DNA from: Candidatus Poribacteria bacterium
Lineage (GTDB): Bacteria > Poribacteria > WGA-4E > WGA-3G
DNA length: 64,000 nt
Reading direction: 5' to 3'
Assembly: GCA_965242965.1 (NCBI GenBank)
Contig: OZ251518.1
Location: 416,001 to 480,000 of the forward strand
Under the pieces are notes generated by a model that saw only the letters and a program-made list of their open reading frames with translations, was not told the DNA's origin and searched no databases. This document shows positions 10,514 to 20,729 of the stretch, in pieces (position 1 is the first letter of the stretch; each line of letters starts with the position of its first letter). Both the position numbers and the translations under genes were made by a program.

Positions 10514-11335
10514 ATGGCACTTTTGCACTGTGGCAATTTAACACTTGAAGGCAAATCCAGCTCCGCTGTGGCCACCTATATCCGAGTGAAAGAGCTCGAT
10601 CTGGTTTTCGATTTAGGCAGGTGTCCGATGCATTTTATCGGCACCAACAACGTCTTCATCTCGCATTTTCACTTGGACCACTATTTCGGGCTGCCCATCT
10701 ATATCAGCCAACGGTGGCTTTCTGATATACCGCCGGGGAACATCTATGTGCCTTCAAGTGGGTTTCGCCAGTTGACACACATTTTGGATATGATTTCTGC
10801 ACTGGATATGGGGCGACGCTGGGCATATAGCGTCACGCCGGTGCATGTGGGCGATGCGATTCCGTTTCGGCAGAATCTCATGGCGCACATTCTACCGGGC
10901 AACCACAGTGTTCCCGCTGTCTCTTACCTCATTTGTGAGGTTCGCAAAAAACTCAAGCCTGAGTTCCATGCATTGCAGGGGCATGAGATTGCCGCCCTCA
11001 AGCATTCCGGCACCGAGGTGACGACAGAGGTGCAGTTGCCGCTCATCGCCTATCTTGGTGACACGCGCGGGATTCCGTTGGATGCGCATCCGTTGCTTAA
11101 ACAGTGCCAGGTTCTGATTTGTGAATGCACGTTTGTCCTGCCGGAGCATCGCGCGCGTGCGAAAAAGACGATGCACCTGCATCTCGACATGCTGCTGCCG
11201 ATGTTAGCCGAACTTGAGAGTGAACATGTCGTGTTGACGCACTTCTCCCGCCGCTATACACCGGAACTTATCCGGCAGACAGTTTTCAACCGTTTGCCAG
11301 TGAAGGAACGTTCACGCGTTAAGTTATTCCTGTGA
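10514..11335 (+). CDS. Metallo-beta-lactamase fold hydrolase, RNase Z-like
   Basis: FISHFHLDH, NHSVP, YLGDT, ICECTF, HLH and LTHFSRRY. The longer 10394 start is a REP-derived extension. Confidence 0.85.
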   Translation: MALLHCGNLTLEGKSSSAVATYIRVKELDLVFDLGRCPMHFIGTNNVFISHFHLDHYFGLPIYISQRWLSDIPPGNIYVPSSGFRQLTHILDMISALDMGRRWAYSVTPVHVGDAIPFRQNLMAHILPGNHSVPAVSYLICEVRKKLKPEFHALQGHEIAALKHSGTEVTTEVQLPLIAYLGDTRGIPLDAHPLLKQCQVLICECTFVLPEHRARAKKTMHLHLDMLLPMLAELESEHVVLTHFSRRYTPELIRQTVFNRLPVKERSRVKLFL

Positions 11336-11379
11336 GGGAAGTTCTGGCAGGCGCGTTTTCCTTTCCCGTGAGGTTGTCT

Positions 11380-12129
11380 CTATTTCAAGGCACGTTTCAT
11401 TTTCCCCCACGTCGTTGTCAATTTATGTGTCGCTTCGACGGCGAGTCCTTGCGTAGCGAGCTGCAAGAGTTCATCTTCAGACAACGCCCGGTCGAATATC
11501 ATCACCTCATCAATAATTCCTTTGAAATAGCGATTTCCGCCGCAACAATCCACCCATGCGATATTCAGCGCGCCGATTTCTTGCTCAACGTGCGGAATAT
11601 CGTTGACTCCCTTATCCAATCCGTTGGCATCGGTATAGATGTAAAGCGTCGCCTGCTTGGGTTCAATTGTCATCGCGGCGAGTGCCCATTCGTCTTGCGG
11701 AATTTCGGGTCCGCCGTCCCACCGCCATGTGTCAGCGGCGTTGTTATTCCAGACGTAGTGCAGGAAATCGTTATCGCCGAAGATGAGTTCGGTGGCAGTC
11801 GGTGTGCGCGAACCGACGATGCCTGCCCAGTCGTTGGCTTTCCAGCCGTTAATCCACGCGGCGTAAGTCGTTGTCGTGGTGATAAGGTTATAGTCGGGGA
11901 TTTGGATTTTCTGTGAGCTGCCGTCAAACTTCGCGCCTTTCCCGACGCGTGCGTCTACCCAGGTCAGTTTTCCGACAGCTTCGCCATCGTCTTTACCGAT
12001 GCTATCGGTTGCATCTCCATCGAGGGGCCAGTAGTTGACGAGGCCATCTTGCAGGTCCGCGGCGATAGCGATGTTGAGTGCCATGCAGAGGCAAATGATA
12101 ACAAAGCCGGTGGTTTTAAGCGTTAACAT
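11380..12129 (-). CDS. Secreted LamG-like (concanavalin A jelly-roll) protein with C-terminal TTWG motif
   Basis: Signal peptide, GLVNYWPLDG, FKGIIDEVMIFDRALS and AVEATHKLTTTWGKMK. Confidence 0.85.
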   Translation of the reverse strand: MLTLKTTGFVIICLCMALNIAIAADLQDGLVNYWPLDGDATDSIGKDDGEAVGKLTWVDARVGKGAKFDGSSQKIQIPDYNLITTTTTYAAWINGWKANDWAGIVGSRTPTATELIFGDNDFLHYVWNNNAADTWRWDGGPEIPQDEWALAAMTIEPKQATLYIYTDANGLDKGVNDIPHVEQEIGALNIAWVDCCGGNRYFKGIIDEVMIFDRALSEDELLQLATQGLAVEATHKLTTTWGKMKRALK

Positions 12130-12199
12130 AAGCGTTCCTCTCTGTTGTTCTGAGTCAGAATTTGTGGTGGGCCCCTCCTACAGTAAGATATCGGTTCCA

Positions 12200-12480
12200 C
12201 CTCTGTAGTTCGGGAGCGCCCGATCTCGAACGGATCAGGATCTGGCGATCCTGATCTACAGAATCAGCGTGGCGATCGAACGATGGCGAGGGACAGGCCC
12301 TCGCCCTACGTGAATGGGCGGCGTTTTTTTCATCGTAGCGCGGGGGCCCTCGCATGCCATACGCGCATGCGAGCGGGTTTCCCCCGCGATCGTTGCATGG
12401 CGAGGGACAGGCCCTCGCCCTACGGTAAGCAGCACGTTTTCCCTCATCCCGCGATCGTTGCACGGCGAGGGACAGGTTTT
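12200..12480. repeat. REP cluster between convergent-stranded ends of two minus-strand genes
   Basis: One B-type pair, A-type REPs and a loop-expanded A-type REP at about 12335-12390. Confidence 0.88.
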
Positions 12481-12511
12481 CACACCGCCCTACGTGCTGT
12501 CCGAACGAGGC

Positions 12512-13885
12512 TTAGCTGCCGCTGCTGCCGGGATATGAATTCGCGTCCTGGTCAGATGTTCCTTCTTCTTGTTCTTGGTAGAAGAGGTATCCATCCTGGT
12601 CCTGGTCGAGTTCAAACTGCCGGACGATTTGTTCTGCTTCGCGGAGGTAAGGCGTGTCGCCCTTGGTGATGCTCATATATGCCTTGAACCCCTCGTAAGC
12701 GGAACCGAACTCCCGGATTGCGCGGTAGCAGATAGCCTGCTGGTAAACGGCTTCATTGCGCCATGTGGATTCAGGCGCGTTTTCAAAGAGGCTGTCGTAT
12801 GCACGGATGGCGCGTTCGTATTCGCCGTTCTGCTGGTAGAGCGTGCCGGCGCGGTAGAGCGCGTCTGCGGCGGCGAACTTCTTATGCGATACCTCCGTGG
12901 CTAACGTTTCGTATGCCTCAATGGCCCTGGGATAGTTTCGGAGTTTCTCCCAGTTGCTCGCTACCTGTTGGAAACTCTGGACAACCAGGTCAGCCATGCC
13001 CATGCGCCATCTATCCGCCGGTGTAATCTTCCTGCCGGATTTTTCGTATTCCACCGCTTTCTTACTGCGATTCTGCTCAATTTCGTCCATCAGCTGCTTA
13101 ATATCTGTCAAGACATCGGCTGTCTGCTTCAGGAGTGTTGAGGCTTGCGATGCTTCGTAAGATTCGGGGAACTTTTCGGTGACAGCGACGAATGCGGGCC
13201 AGCCGCCGGTGTAGTCGTAGAGTTCGTAAAAATAGATGTTGCCGATCTGGAATTGCGCCTGCGGTGCTTTGGCGTGTTCCACGAATTCCTCGCCCATCCG
13301 TTCGTAATTTCGGATGGCTTCGGGATAGTTTTCCAACGCTTCGTATGCCCGCGCGACTTCGTAGAGTGCATCGGCAGCGATGTTAAAGGTTTCGTCCTTC
13401 GGATCCGCGTCATAGAGTGCCTTGTAGTTCTGGTATTCGGCACGCTTATCCTTAATGATTTGGCGGTTCTTCCGGATGTTCGCCGTTCCGCTTTTCGCCT
13501 CGTTGGCGTAATAGCCGGTGGGTGCAAGCGCGACGATTGCCTGATAATGCTCGGTGGCTTTATCCCACTCATACTGCCGTTTATAGATTTCCGCAATCTG
13601 GTAGTGGGCGCGCTGGGCATATTTGCCCTTGGCATCACGTTCGATGACTTCGAGATAGAGTTGCATCGCGCGAGCGTAGCGTTTCTGCTGCTCGGCACGG
13701 TTTTTCTGCATTTTTCCCGGGTCTTCGTCCTGCACTTTCATCGATGCCGCTTCGTTAAAAGCGTTATCGGCGTTCTGCAGTTTCGCGCCGAGTGGGACGA
13801 TGCTCACACCGCCTGGCCCACAACCGACGAACAGCGTCGCAGTCAGCAAGGCGATGATGAGGAACATGGGGGTAAACCGGTTCAT
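12512..13885 (-). CDS. TPR-repeat lipoprotein (BamD/YbgF-like repeats) with a C-terminal DxDxDG calcium-binding-like repeat
   Basis: Lipobox FVGC, repeated A.YQIA.IY...Y..A...Y TPR units, and DQDQDGY...EGTSDQDANSYP. Confidence 0.8.
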   Translation of the reverse strand: MNRFTPMFLIIALLTATLFVGCGPGGVSIVPLGAKLQNADNAFNEAASMKVQDEDPGKMQKNRAEQQKRYARAMQLYLEVIERDAKGKYAQRAHYQIAEIYKRQYEWDKATEHYQAIVALAPTGYYANEAKSGTANIRKNRQIIKDKRAEYQNYKALYDADPKDETFNIAADALYEVARAYEALENYPEAIRNYERMGEEFVEHAKAPQAQFQIGNIYFYELYDYTGGWPAFVAVTEKFPESYEASQASTLLKQTADVLTDIKQLMDEIEQNRSKKAVEYEKSGRKITPADRWRMGMADLVVQSFQQVASNWEKLRNYPRAIEAYETLATEVSHKKFAAADALYRAGTLYQQNGEYERAIRAYDSLFENAPESTWRNEAVYQQAICYRAIREFGSAYEGFKAYMSITKGDTPYLREAEQIVRQFELDQDQDGYLFYQEQEEGTSDQDANSYPGSSGS

Positions 13886-13970
13886 TGTTATCCTCCTTAA
13901 GGTTTGCGTGCCAGCATTTTTCAGCTGGCGTTTATCGAATTATATCAGCATTCCGTTCATTATTTTATTT

Positions 13971-14071
13971 ATTATACCAAATGTGCAAAAATTGTCAAGA
14001 ATTTTTTTGAGATTTTTTGTCTGCATCAGGATTTTAAAGTGCTTGACAATTTTTTGAAAATATGTCAAAAT
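13971..14071. promoter_or_regulatory. Divergent sigma70-like promoters
   Basis: Minus strand TTGACA(13998-13993)-N16-TATAAT(13976-13971). Plus strand TTGACA(14043)-N17-CAAAAT. AT-rich region. Confidence 0.55.
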
Positions 14072-14101
14072 AGAGATATCTTGAATATAGGGAGGCGAAT
14101 T

Positions 14102-15004
14102 ATGGAAAATAGTGCATACAATGTCGGCGTTGTCGGTGTTGGAAGGATGGGCGCGAATATTGCCCGGCATCTGAACGATGATGGATTCAATGTCACCGTC
14201 GTTTACGATGTGGCCAGTGAACGCGCGCAGGAGCTCGCCGCGGAGCTCGGCGCAGTTGCGGCGGATACGTTAGCGCAGGTTACGGCGCGCGCCGACTATA
14301 TCATCACCGTTGTTACGGACGATGCGGCGATGCGCCAGGTCTTCGCCGAAAATGCGGATGACAGCCTGCTCACCGGTTCGTGCTGCAAACTCTTCATTAA
14401 CTGCGCCACGATTAGTCCGCATGTTCACGTTGAGGTGGAACAACTCGCGGAAAGGCACGGTGCGGAGAGCCTTGAAGGGTGCATGGCGAGTAGCATTACG
14501 CAGGCGCGGGAAGGCACACTCTATCTGATGTGCGGTGGAAAAAAAGAGACGTTTGAGAGGGCACGCGCCATTCTCGATTCGATGAGCATCTCCCTCCGTT
14601 ATATCGGCTCGGCGGGACAGGCGGCGCAAGTCAAGGCACTTGTCAATATGGTGATGAACATCAACACGGCTGGGCTCGCTGAGGGCCTCGGCTTGGGTGC
14701 CGCGCTTGGGTTGGACCTGGGGATGTTACAGCAGGTCTTCGCGCAGACCGGGGCAAACTCTCGCGTGTTGGAGACAGATGGCGAAGACATGGAGTCCCGG
14801 GACCACGAGTGCTATTTTTCGGCGGCGCATGCATCGAAAGATTCGGGCATCGCGCTGGATTTAGCGGACGCGGCTGGCATTGCTCTCCCACTGGCGCAGG
14901 CGACGAAAGCGCAGTATGACAAGATGATTGAAATGGGATTAGGCGAATTGGATAAATCCGGTGTCGCTGAATTGACGTTCCCCGGTCGCGGAGGACAATC
15001 GTAA
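14102..15004 (+). CDS. NAD(P)-dependent beta-hydroxyacid dehydrogenase family oxidoreductase
   Basis: VGVVGVGRMG, ITVVTDD, KALVNM and KDSGIAL. RBS GGAGG lies before ATG 14102. Confidence 0.88.
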   Translation: MENSAYNVGVVGVGRMGANIARHLNDDGFNVTVVYDVASERAQELAAELGAVAADTLAQVTARADYIITVVTDDAAMRQVFAENADDSLLTGSCCKLFINCATISPHVHVEVEQLAERHGAESLEGCMASSITQAREGTLYLMCGGKKETFERARAILDSMSISLRYIGSAGQAAQVKALVNMVMNINTAGLAEGLGLGAALGLDLGMLQQVFAQTGANSRVLETDGEDMESRDHECYFSAAHASKDSGIALDLADAAGIALPLAQATKAQYDKMIEMGLGELDKSGVAELTFPGRGGQS

Positions 15005-15055
15005 GTGTGGATGTAGGCAATCGTGCCTCAAGCAAGAACGTAGTCAACGTAATCT

Positions 15056-15407
15056 GAGGGTGTTTCATAAGTCCGTTTCGGTATTTATTCCGCCTTGGAG
15101 GGCTGGCGAACACCAGAAGGCATCGGGTCCATCTCTGTAGTTCGGGCTCGCCTGATCCCGAATGGGGCATGGAGAGGAGAACCCCTCCCTGGCCCGTAGC
15201 GCGGGGGCCTGTCCCCCGCGATCGTTCGATCTGCGCGAAAAACGCACACTGGCCAAAGCCGTTTCCCCAATCGAGGCACGGCGAGGGACAGGCCCTCGCC
15301 CTACGGGCCAGGGCGGCGTTTTTTCACCGTAGCGCGGGGCCCTCGGATGCCACACGCGCATCCGAGCGGGTTTCACCGCGACGTTGAGCGAGTTATGAAA
15401 CACCCTC
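15056..15407. mobile_element. MITE-like element copy 2 with a perfect 10-bp target duplication
   Basis: TIRs GAGGGTGTTTCATAA / TTATGAAACACCCTC. AACGTAATCT at 15046-15055 and 15408-15417. Confidence 0.88.
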
Positions 15408-15449
15408 AACGTAATCTGGCAGTGTCAATAATGGCATCGGTGGAGAGAC

Positions 15450-16202
15450 ATGCAACGACAAGAAGTGTCCGCTGAACGCATTGGGAAAGACGAAAAACTC
15501 AGAGGCGTAATCCTTGCCGGCGGTTTAGGCACGCGCCTGCATCCGCTTACCAAAGTGACGAGTAAGCATCTGCTGCCGGTGGGTAACGAACCGATGATTT
15601 TTCATTGCGTCAAGCAGTTCACCTCGGCAGGCGTTACGGATATCCTCATCGTGACGAATCCGGAGTATGTCGGCGATTTTGCGAGGGTTCTTGGTGGCGG
15701 TGCCGAGTTCGGGTGTGAGTTCACCTATCGCGTGCAGGAGGAGGCTAAGGGCATTGCGCACGCGCTTGCACTAGCGGAGGGATTCGCTGCCGGTGGCAGG
15801 ATTGTCGTATTTCTGGGCGATAACGTTTTTGAATCGCCTATTCAGCCCGCGGTTGCGGATTTCCTTGCGCAACGAGAGGGTGCGCGCGTCATGCTCAAGC
15901 AGGTGCCAGATCCTCGGCGTTACGGCGTTGCGGTTCTGGACGACAATCGCATCGTTGCGATTGAGGAGAAACCGCCGCATCCGAAAAGCGATTACGCGGT
16001 GGTAGGTGTCTATTTTTACGATGGGGCTGTTTTTGACATTATCCGCACGATTGAACCCTCGGCGCGCGGTGAATATGAGATAACGGCTGTCAACAACGTT
16101 TATCTCCGCCGTGGGCTGCTTGAATACAGCGTCGTGCAGGGAAGGTGGGTTGACGCTGGCACGTTTGATTCGCTAAATGAGGCGCATCATATTTTGTTGT
16201 AG
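15450..16202 (+). CDS. Sugar-phosphate nucleotidyltransferase (RmlA/SpsI-like)
   Basis: GVILAGGLGTRLHPLT, SKHLLPV, LGDN, EEKP, SARGEYEIT and WVDAGT. Confidence 0.9.
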   Translation: MQRQEVSAERIGKDEKLRGVILAGGLGTRLHPLTKVTSKHLLPVGNEPMIFHCVKQFTSAGVTDILIVTNPEYVGDFARVLGGGAEFGCEFTYRVQEEAKGIAHALALAEGFAAGGRIVVFLGDNVFESPIQPAVADFLAQREGARVMLKQVPDPRRYGVAVLDDNRIVAIEEKPPHPKSDYAVVGVYFYDGAVFDIIRTIEPSARGEYEITAVNNVYLRRGLLEYSVVQGRWVDAGTFDSLNEAHHILL

Positions 16203-16369
16203 GTGGGCATCGGGACCGGGAGGGGAAGTCGGGAGCGGGAGGTTTCGCCTACCCGTTCGGGAGCAGGTGCTCCCGAACTACAGTCATATTGCATCGAGAC
16301 CAGGAGGTCTCGCCTACGGGACCGGGAGGTCTCTCCTACGGTAATTTTGATAATGGCATTGGTAAATAA

Positions 16370-17680
16370 ATGGTGAATCACTCAGAAACTTTGTCCGAAC
16401 ACATTGCGAGAGAGGAAAACCCGTTTCTCTCGATTGTTGTGCCGGTTTACAACGAAGAGGAGAACGTTCGTCCGCTGTTTGAAAAAATTCGGGCGGTGTG
16501 CGAGGAAATCTACGTAACCTACGAGGTGTTGTTCGTAGACGACGGTAGCCGAGACGATACCTTCGCGGTGCTTTCTGCATTGCACGAGGAGCTGTGCTCG
16601 CGCTTCCAGAGTGAGGCAGCGGGTGAATCTTATCCGGTAGGCGCGATTTCCAAGCGCGGCATCTTGCGAGTTCTGCAATTTGAGAAGAATGCGGGACAGA
16701 CGGCGGCGATGGCGGCAGGGTTTGAATATGCCCGCGGCGAATACATCGTCAGTATGGACGGTGATTTGCAGAATGATCCGGTTGATATTCCGCGCATGCT
16801 GCGGGAGCTTGACAAAGGCTATGACCTGGTTTGTGGCTGGCGGAAGGACCGGCAGGATAAGTTTTGGACTCGGCGCGTGCCTTCTGTCGCAGCCAATTGG
16901 CTTATCGCCAAAATAACGGGGATTCCGATTCATGACAATGGGTGCTCGCTGAAGGCATATCGGGCATCGATTATCAAACAGGTGCCGCTTTACGGCGAGA
17001 TGCACCGATTTATCCCGTTGATGTCGCGGTTCGCCTGCGCGATAATCACCGAAGTGGCAGTCACACACCATCCGCGTCGTTTCGGGGAAAGCAAGTATGG
17101 GCTCGGCAGAGTATGGCGTGTGATTTTGGATATTATGGCGTTCGTGTTTATCCTCATCAGTTTTCCGGTCCGTTCGGAAGACCCGAGGTTCAGCGCACTG
17201 CGGCGTAAAAACCCGAAAACAAATGTGTGGTTAGTCACGGGGTGCCTCAGTATCCCTTTTTTGATTTTCGGTGGTAGAATCGCGCTGACAGATCCGTTTC
17301 TCCTTCCGATGGCGGTGACGCTTTTGGTCTACGGGTCCTGCATGATTCTCATCGGTTTGATGACGAGCCGGGCACTCACGCGGGCGCAACGTTCGGCGGA
17401 TTTGGGCATGCTTGCGCGGTTCTTTAAGTTTTTCTGTAAGCGGCGGCCAATCAGGGTTTTCGGTCCCATCGGTGTGCTACTGTTCGTGTCAGGTTGCATT
17501 CTCCCGCTGCTGTCCGGGGGAACGCTGATCATCTATGTGATTAAGATGCTCGTCCTGCTGATAGCGTTGATAAAAGCGAGTATCGTGGTGTTCTGGTTCG
17601 GCTTGTTCGGTGAGCTCGTCTCGTTTGCGAATGCGGATAAGGTGAAGGATTACAAGGTGGCAACGTTGCTTGGTTCGTAA
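16370..17680 (+). CDS. GT2 glycosyltransferase (ArnC/DPM-synthase-like) with C-terminal TM helices
   Basis: SIVVPVYNEEEN, FVDDGSRD, GQTAA, MDGDLQNDP, GWRKDRQD and YGEMHRFIP, followed by a hydrophobic C-terminus. Confidence 0.88.
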   Translation: MVNHSETLSEHIAREENPFLSIVVPVYNEEENVRPLFEKIRAVCEEIYVTYEVLFVDDGSRDDTFAVLSALHEELCSRFQSEAAGESYPVGAISKRGILRVLQFEKNAGQTAAMAAGFEYARGEYIVSMDGDLQNDPVDIPRMLRELDKGYDLVCGWRKDRQDKFWTRRVPSVAANWLIAKITGIPIHDNGCSLKAYRASIIKQVPLYGEMHRFIPLMSRFACAIITEVAVTHHPRRFGESKYGLGRVWRVILDIMAFVFILISFPVRSEDPRFSALRRKNPKTNVWLVTGCLSIPFLIFGGRIALTDPFLLPMAVTLLVYGSCMILIGLMTSRALTRAQRSADLGMLARFFKFFCKRRPIRVFGPIGVLLFVSGCILPLLSGGTLIIYVIKMLVLLIALIKASIVVFWFGLFGELVSFANADKVKDYKVATLLGS

Positions 17681-17872
17681 ACGTTGATTGCATCAAGACC
17701 AGGAGGTCTCTCCTACCGAGGGATGCATCGAAACTTCTGTAGTTTGTGATCGCCTGATCACAAACATGTCAGGTCTCTCCTACCGGGGGGAGAATCGAGA
17801 TGCGGGAAGCTATTGCATCGAGACCGGGAGGTCTCTCCTACCGGGACGTTGAGACTGGACGGGAAGGAAAGG

Positions 17873-19018
17873 GTGGATGTTTTGGATACGCATGCCGATA
17901 ATTGGCGCGCCGAATTTCCGGTAACCGAAAACTATATCTATATGAACCACGCCGGGGTCGCGCCGTTATCGCGGCGGGTGCGGGAGGCGATGACAGCGTT
18001 TGTGGAAGATGCCACCGTGAACGGTGCGGTTCATGCTGACATTTGGGCAGAAACGGCGGAAGAGTGCCGTGTTGCAGCGGCGCGCTTTCTTAATGCCGAC
18101 GCGGCTGAGATTGCGTTCATGAAAAATACGACGCAAGGGATTCTCATCGCAGCGAACGGTATTGATTGGCGCGCCGGGGACAACGTCGTCACAACGGCGG
18201 TTGAGTTTCCGGCTAATGTTTACCCTTGGTGGAGCTTGAAGGAACGCTACGGCGTTGAGACGCGCATGGTGCCGGAACGCAATGGATGCATCGACATTGC
18301 TGATATTGCCGATGCCGTGGATGCGCGCACCCGCGCCGTGACGATTAGCCACGTTGAATTCGCCTCCGGGTTCCGCAATGACATTCGGGCCATCGGCGAG
18401 TTGTGCCGAGCGCGCGATGTCTGGTTCATCGTTGACGCGATTCAGAGCCTCGGTGCAATTGAGGTTGATGTCAAGGCGGCGCACGTCGATATCCTCGCCG
18501 CCGATGGACATAAGTGGCTACTTGCACCGGAAGGAGCGGCGATTTTCTATTGTGCCGCCGAGAAATTGGAACGGCTCATTAACACCAACGTCGGATGGGC
18601 AAGCGTTGTGAATCCGCGCGATTTTCTTAACTATGAACTGACCCAAAAACCGGACGCGACTCGGTTTGAAGAGGGCTCTTACAACAGCGTTGGTTTGTAT
18701 GGGCTCAAGGCGGCGATTGAATTGTTGCTGGAGGTGGGCATCGCTAATGTTGCGGCGCGCGTTTTGAGGCTGACAGCACATTTAATGGCGGGGTTAGAGG
18801 CGAAAGGGTATCGCGTTGTCACGCCGAAAGCAGATAGTTCGCGGGCGGGGATTGTGATTTTTGAAAGTCCGCGGCATGCGCCTGCTGAGATTGAGGAGCT
18901 GCTTCGCGATGAACGTATCATCACGGCGGCGCGCGGGAGCGGTGTCAGAGTCTCGCCGCATTTTTACAACACGGAATTGGAAATAGCTCGTTTGTTAGAG
19001 GTGCTCCCCGTTTTGTGA
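17873..19018 (+). CDS. Class V PLP aminotransferase / cysteine desulfurase-like
   Basis: YMNHAGVAP, NTTQG, EFPAN, VDAIQSLG, DGHKWLLAPEG and RVSPHFYN. Start placed at a GTG after the C-type REP (uncertain). Confidence 0.85.
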   Translation: MDVLDTHADNWRAEFPVTENYIYMNHAGVAPLSRRVREAMTAFVEDATVNGAVHADIWAETAEECRVAAARFLNADAAEIAFMKNTTQGILIAANGIDWRAGDNVVTTAVEFPANVYPWWSLKERYGVETRMVPERNGCIDIADIADAVDARTRAVTISHVEFASGFRNDIRAIGELCRARDVWFIVDAIQSLGAIEVDVKAAHVDILAADGHKWLLAPEGAAIFYCAAEKLERLINTNVGWASVVNPRDFLNYELTQKPDATRFEEGSYNSVGLYGLKAAIELLLEVGIANVAARVLRLTAHLMAGLEAKGYRVVTPKADSSRAGIVIFESPRHAPAEIEELLRDERIITAARGSGVRVSPHFYNTELEIARLLEVLPVL

Positions 19019-19073
19019 AACAGGATGTATGCAAGATGCGAGTTGGAGAAAAACAAGCAAGGAAGGGTAAAAA

Positions 19074-20489
19074 TTGATTAGACAGAGACAAAATAACGTT
19101 CGCGGTTACGCGTGCTCCTCGTTCTGGGTGATGCTCGGTTTTCTGGTGATGCTTGGGAGTTGCACGGTGCCGGGTGGCAACCAGAAGATTAGCAAGATCC
19201 GCCTCTCCGTCCAAAATCCGCTGCCTATCCATCGGCAGAATGTTCCGATCGTGCTAACGGGCGAGTATCTCCGGAAAGTCAATTCGGATTTTTCCTTTAA
19301 GGCGTATTCCGTGGTTGTTGGGAAAGCCCCTCAGGAACGGATGCTTTCGTCACAAGCCGATGACTTGGACTACGATGGTGAGCGCGATCAGCTCAGTTTC
19401 TTGCTGGATTTGGAACCGGAGGAGACAAAGGAGATTTCCATTCTTTATGACGCTACCGTGGAGGCGGCATTAACGTTGGAACTCAATAAACAGACGCGGG
19501 CGGGCATTTTTCCGGAACTTAACGCCGTGGCGGCGATGGAATCCAACCTCATTGCGTATGTTTTGAAACCAGACGGTGGTATCGTCGCGTATGGCAAAAA
19601 ACGGGCGGAACTCTTCAGCATTGATTCGGTGTTTCAGTATGAGTTGGACTCGGGGCAGCCGCTTTCCCCCGACTTTCGTCTCCATTTTCAGAGCCATAAT
19701 ATCACCCTCGGTCAGCAGGTTGAGGTGAAGGTTGAGAAGCCGGGGCAGCAGTGGGTATTGTCAGACCTGGCGAATCAAGGCACCTACTTTATCCGCAAAT
19801 CTGAGGAGCAGCTCAACTTTTCCAAATCGATTGGGTTATCGTTGAACGCGCTCACAAATGACGAGGGGCCCATGGTGGCGTTAACGCCAGGGGATGGGCT
19901 CATTGGGTGCGGCGGGTTTGCGCTGTGGGATAAAGCGCGCTCGGCGTTGATTCCGCTGCCGATGGAAGGCGACTACGTCCGAATTCTCGCGAACGGTGCA
20001 ATCCGGTCGGTTGTGCAACGAATCTTTCCGAACTTGCAGCTTGATGGCAAAACGGTCCGGTTAACGTCAACCACTTTCATTTATGGTGATTCGCCGTGGA
20101 TTGAACAGCACATTTATGTGAAGGGCCTGCCGGCGAATTACGCTATCGTCACGGGCATTCCAAAGTTGGGCGGCACATCTGATGCCAATGAAGAGCAGGG
20201 ATGGCTGTGGAGTTGGGGGACAGATCCGACGGGACTCGCTCCTCTCGGTGTGGCACTTATCTATCCGCCAACAGAGGCGAATAAGTTAATTGATACGCGC
20301 CTAGGGGGGTTGTCGTTGACATTGACACCCGATGCGGAGGGGCGGCTCAGTTATCGCGCGTTTGCGATTTGGGGTGGCGGCATTGATGGCATTGATACGG
20401 AGGTTGAATTCGCGCAGCACGTTCAACTTACCGCTACCGCGATGAAGACACCACCGAAGATTAAATCTTTGCCGCCAGAAGAAAAGTAG
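19074..20489 (+). CDS. Putative lipoprotein, DUF4861-like (carbohydrate-associated)
   Basis: Lipobox LGSC, V.NPL...R, QADDLDYDGERDQL.F and GCGG..LW. Start position is uncertain. Confidence 0.6.
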   Translation: MIRQRQNNVRGYACSSFWVMLGFLVMLGSCTVPGGNQKISKIRLSVQNPLPIHRQNVPIVLTGEYLRKVNSDFSFKAYSVVVGKAPQERMLSSQADDLDYDGERDQLSFLLDLEPEETKEISILYDATVEAALTLELNKQTRAGIFPELNAVAAMESNLIAYVLKPDGGIVAYGKKRAELFSIDSVFQYELDSGQPLSPDFRLHFQSHNITLGQQVEVKVEKPGQQWVLSDLANQGTYFIRKSEEQLNFSKSIGLSLNALTNDEGPMVALTPGDGLIGCGGFALWDKARSALIPLPMEGDYVRILANGAIRSVVQRIFPNLQLDGKTVRLTSTTFIYGDSPWIEQHIYVKGLPANYAIVTGIPKLGGTSDANEEQGWLWSWGTDPTGLAPLGVALIYPPTEANKLIDTRLGGLSLTLTPDAEGRLSYRAFAIWGGGIDGIDTEVEFAQHVQLTATAMKTPPKIKSLPPEEK

Positions 20490-20521
20490 GAGGGATGTTG
20501 AGGGGATGCATCGCGAGTTCT

Positions 20522-20700
20522 ACCGTAGGGCGAGGGCCTGTCCCTCGCCATCCAGCGATGCCTCGTGAGTTCTACCGTAGGGCGAGGGCCTGTCCCTCGC
20601 CATGCAACGATCGCGGGGGACAGGCCCCCGCGCTACGGTGAAAACAGAGCCGCCCGCGCAGCCCGTAGGGCGAGGGCCTGTCCCTCGCCATGCAACGATC
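20522..20700. repeat. A-type REP cluster
   Basis: Three GTAGGGCGAGGGCCTGTCCCTCGCC copies and one inverted CGCGGGGGACAGGCCCCCGCGCTAC. Confidence 0.9.
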
Positions 20701-20729
20701 GCCAAAAACCGCAAACTGGAGAACCATTC

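Noticed and set aside
13904-14101. 66-aa N-terminal extension of the dehydrogenase (similarly the starts at 4304, 10394, 17813, 20565, 42548, 54652, 58858)
   Set aside because: These extensions run through promoter or REP DNA. Downstream starts have an RBS or promoter spacing and match the domain boundaries.
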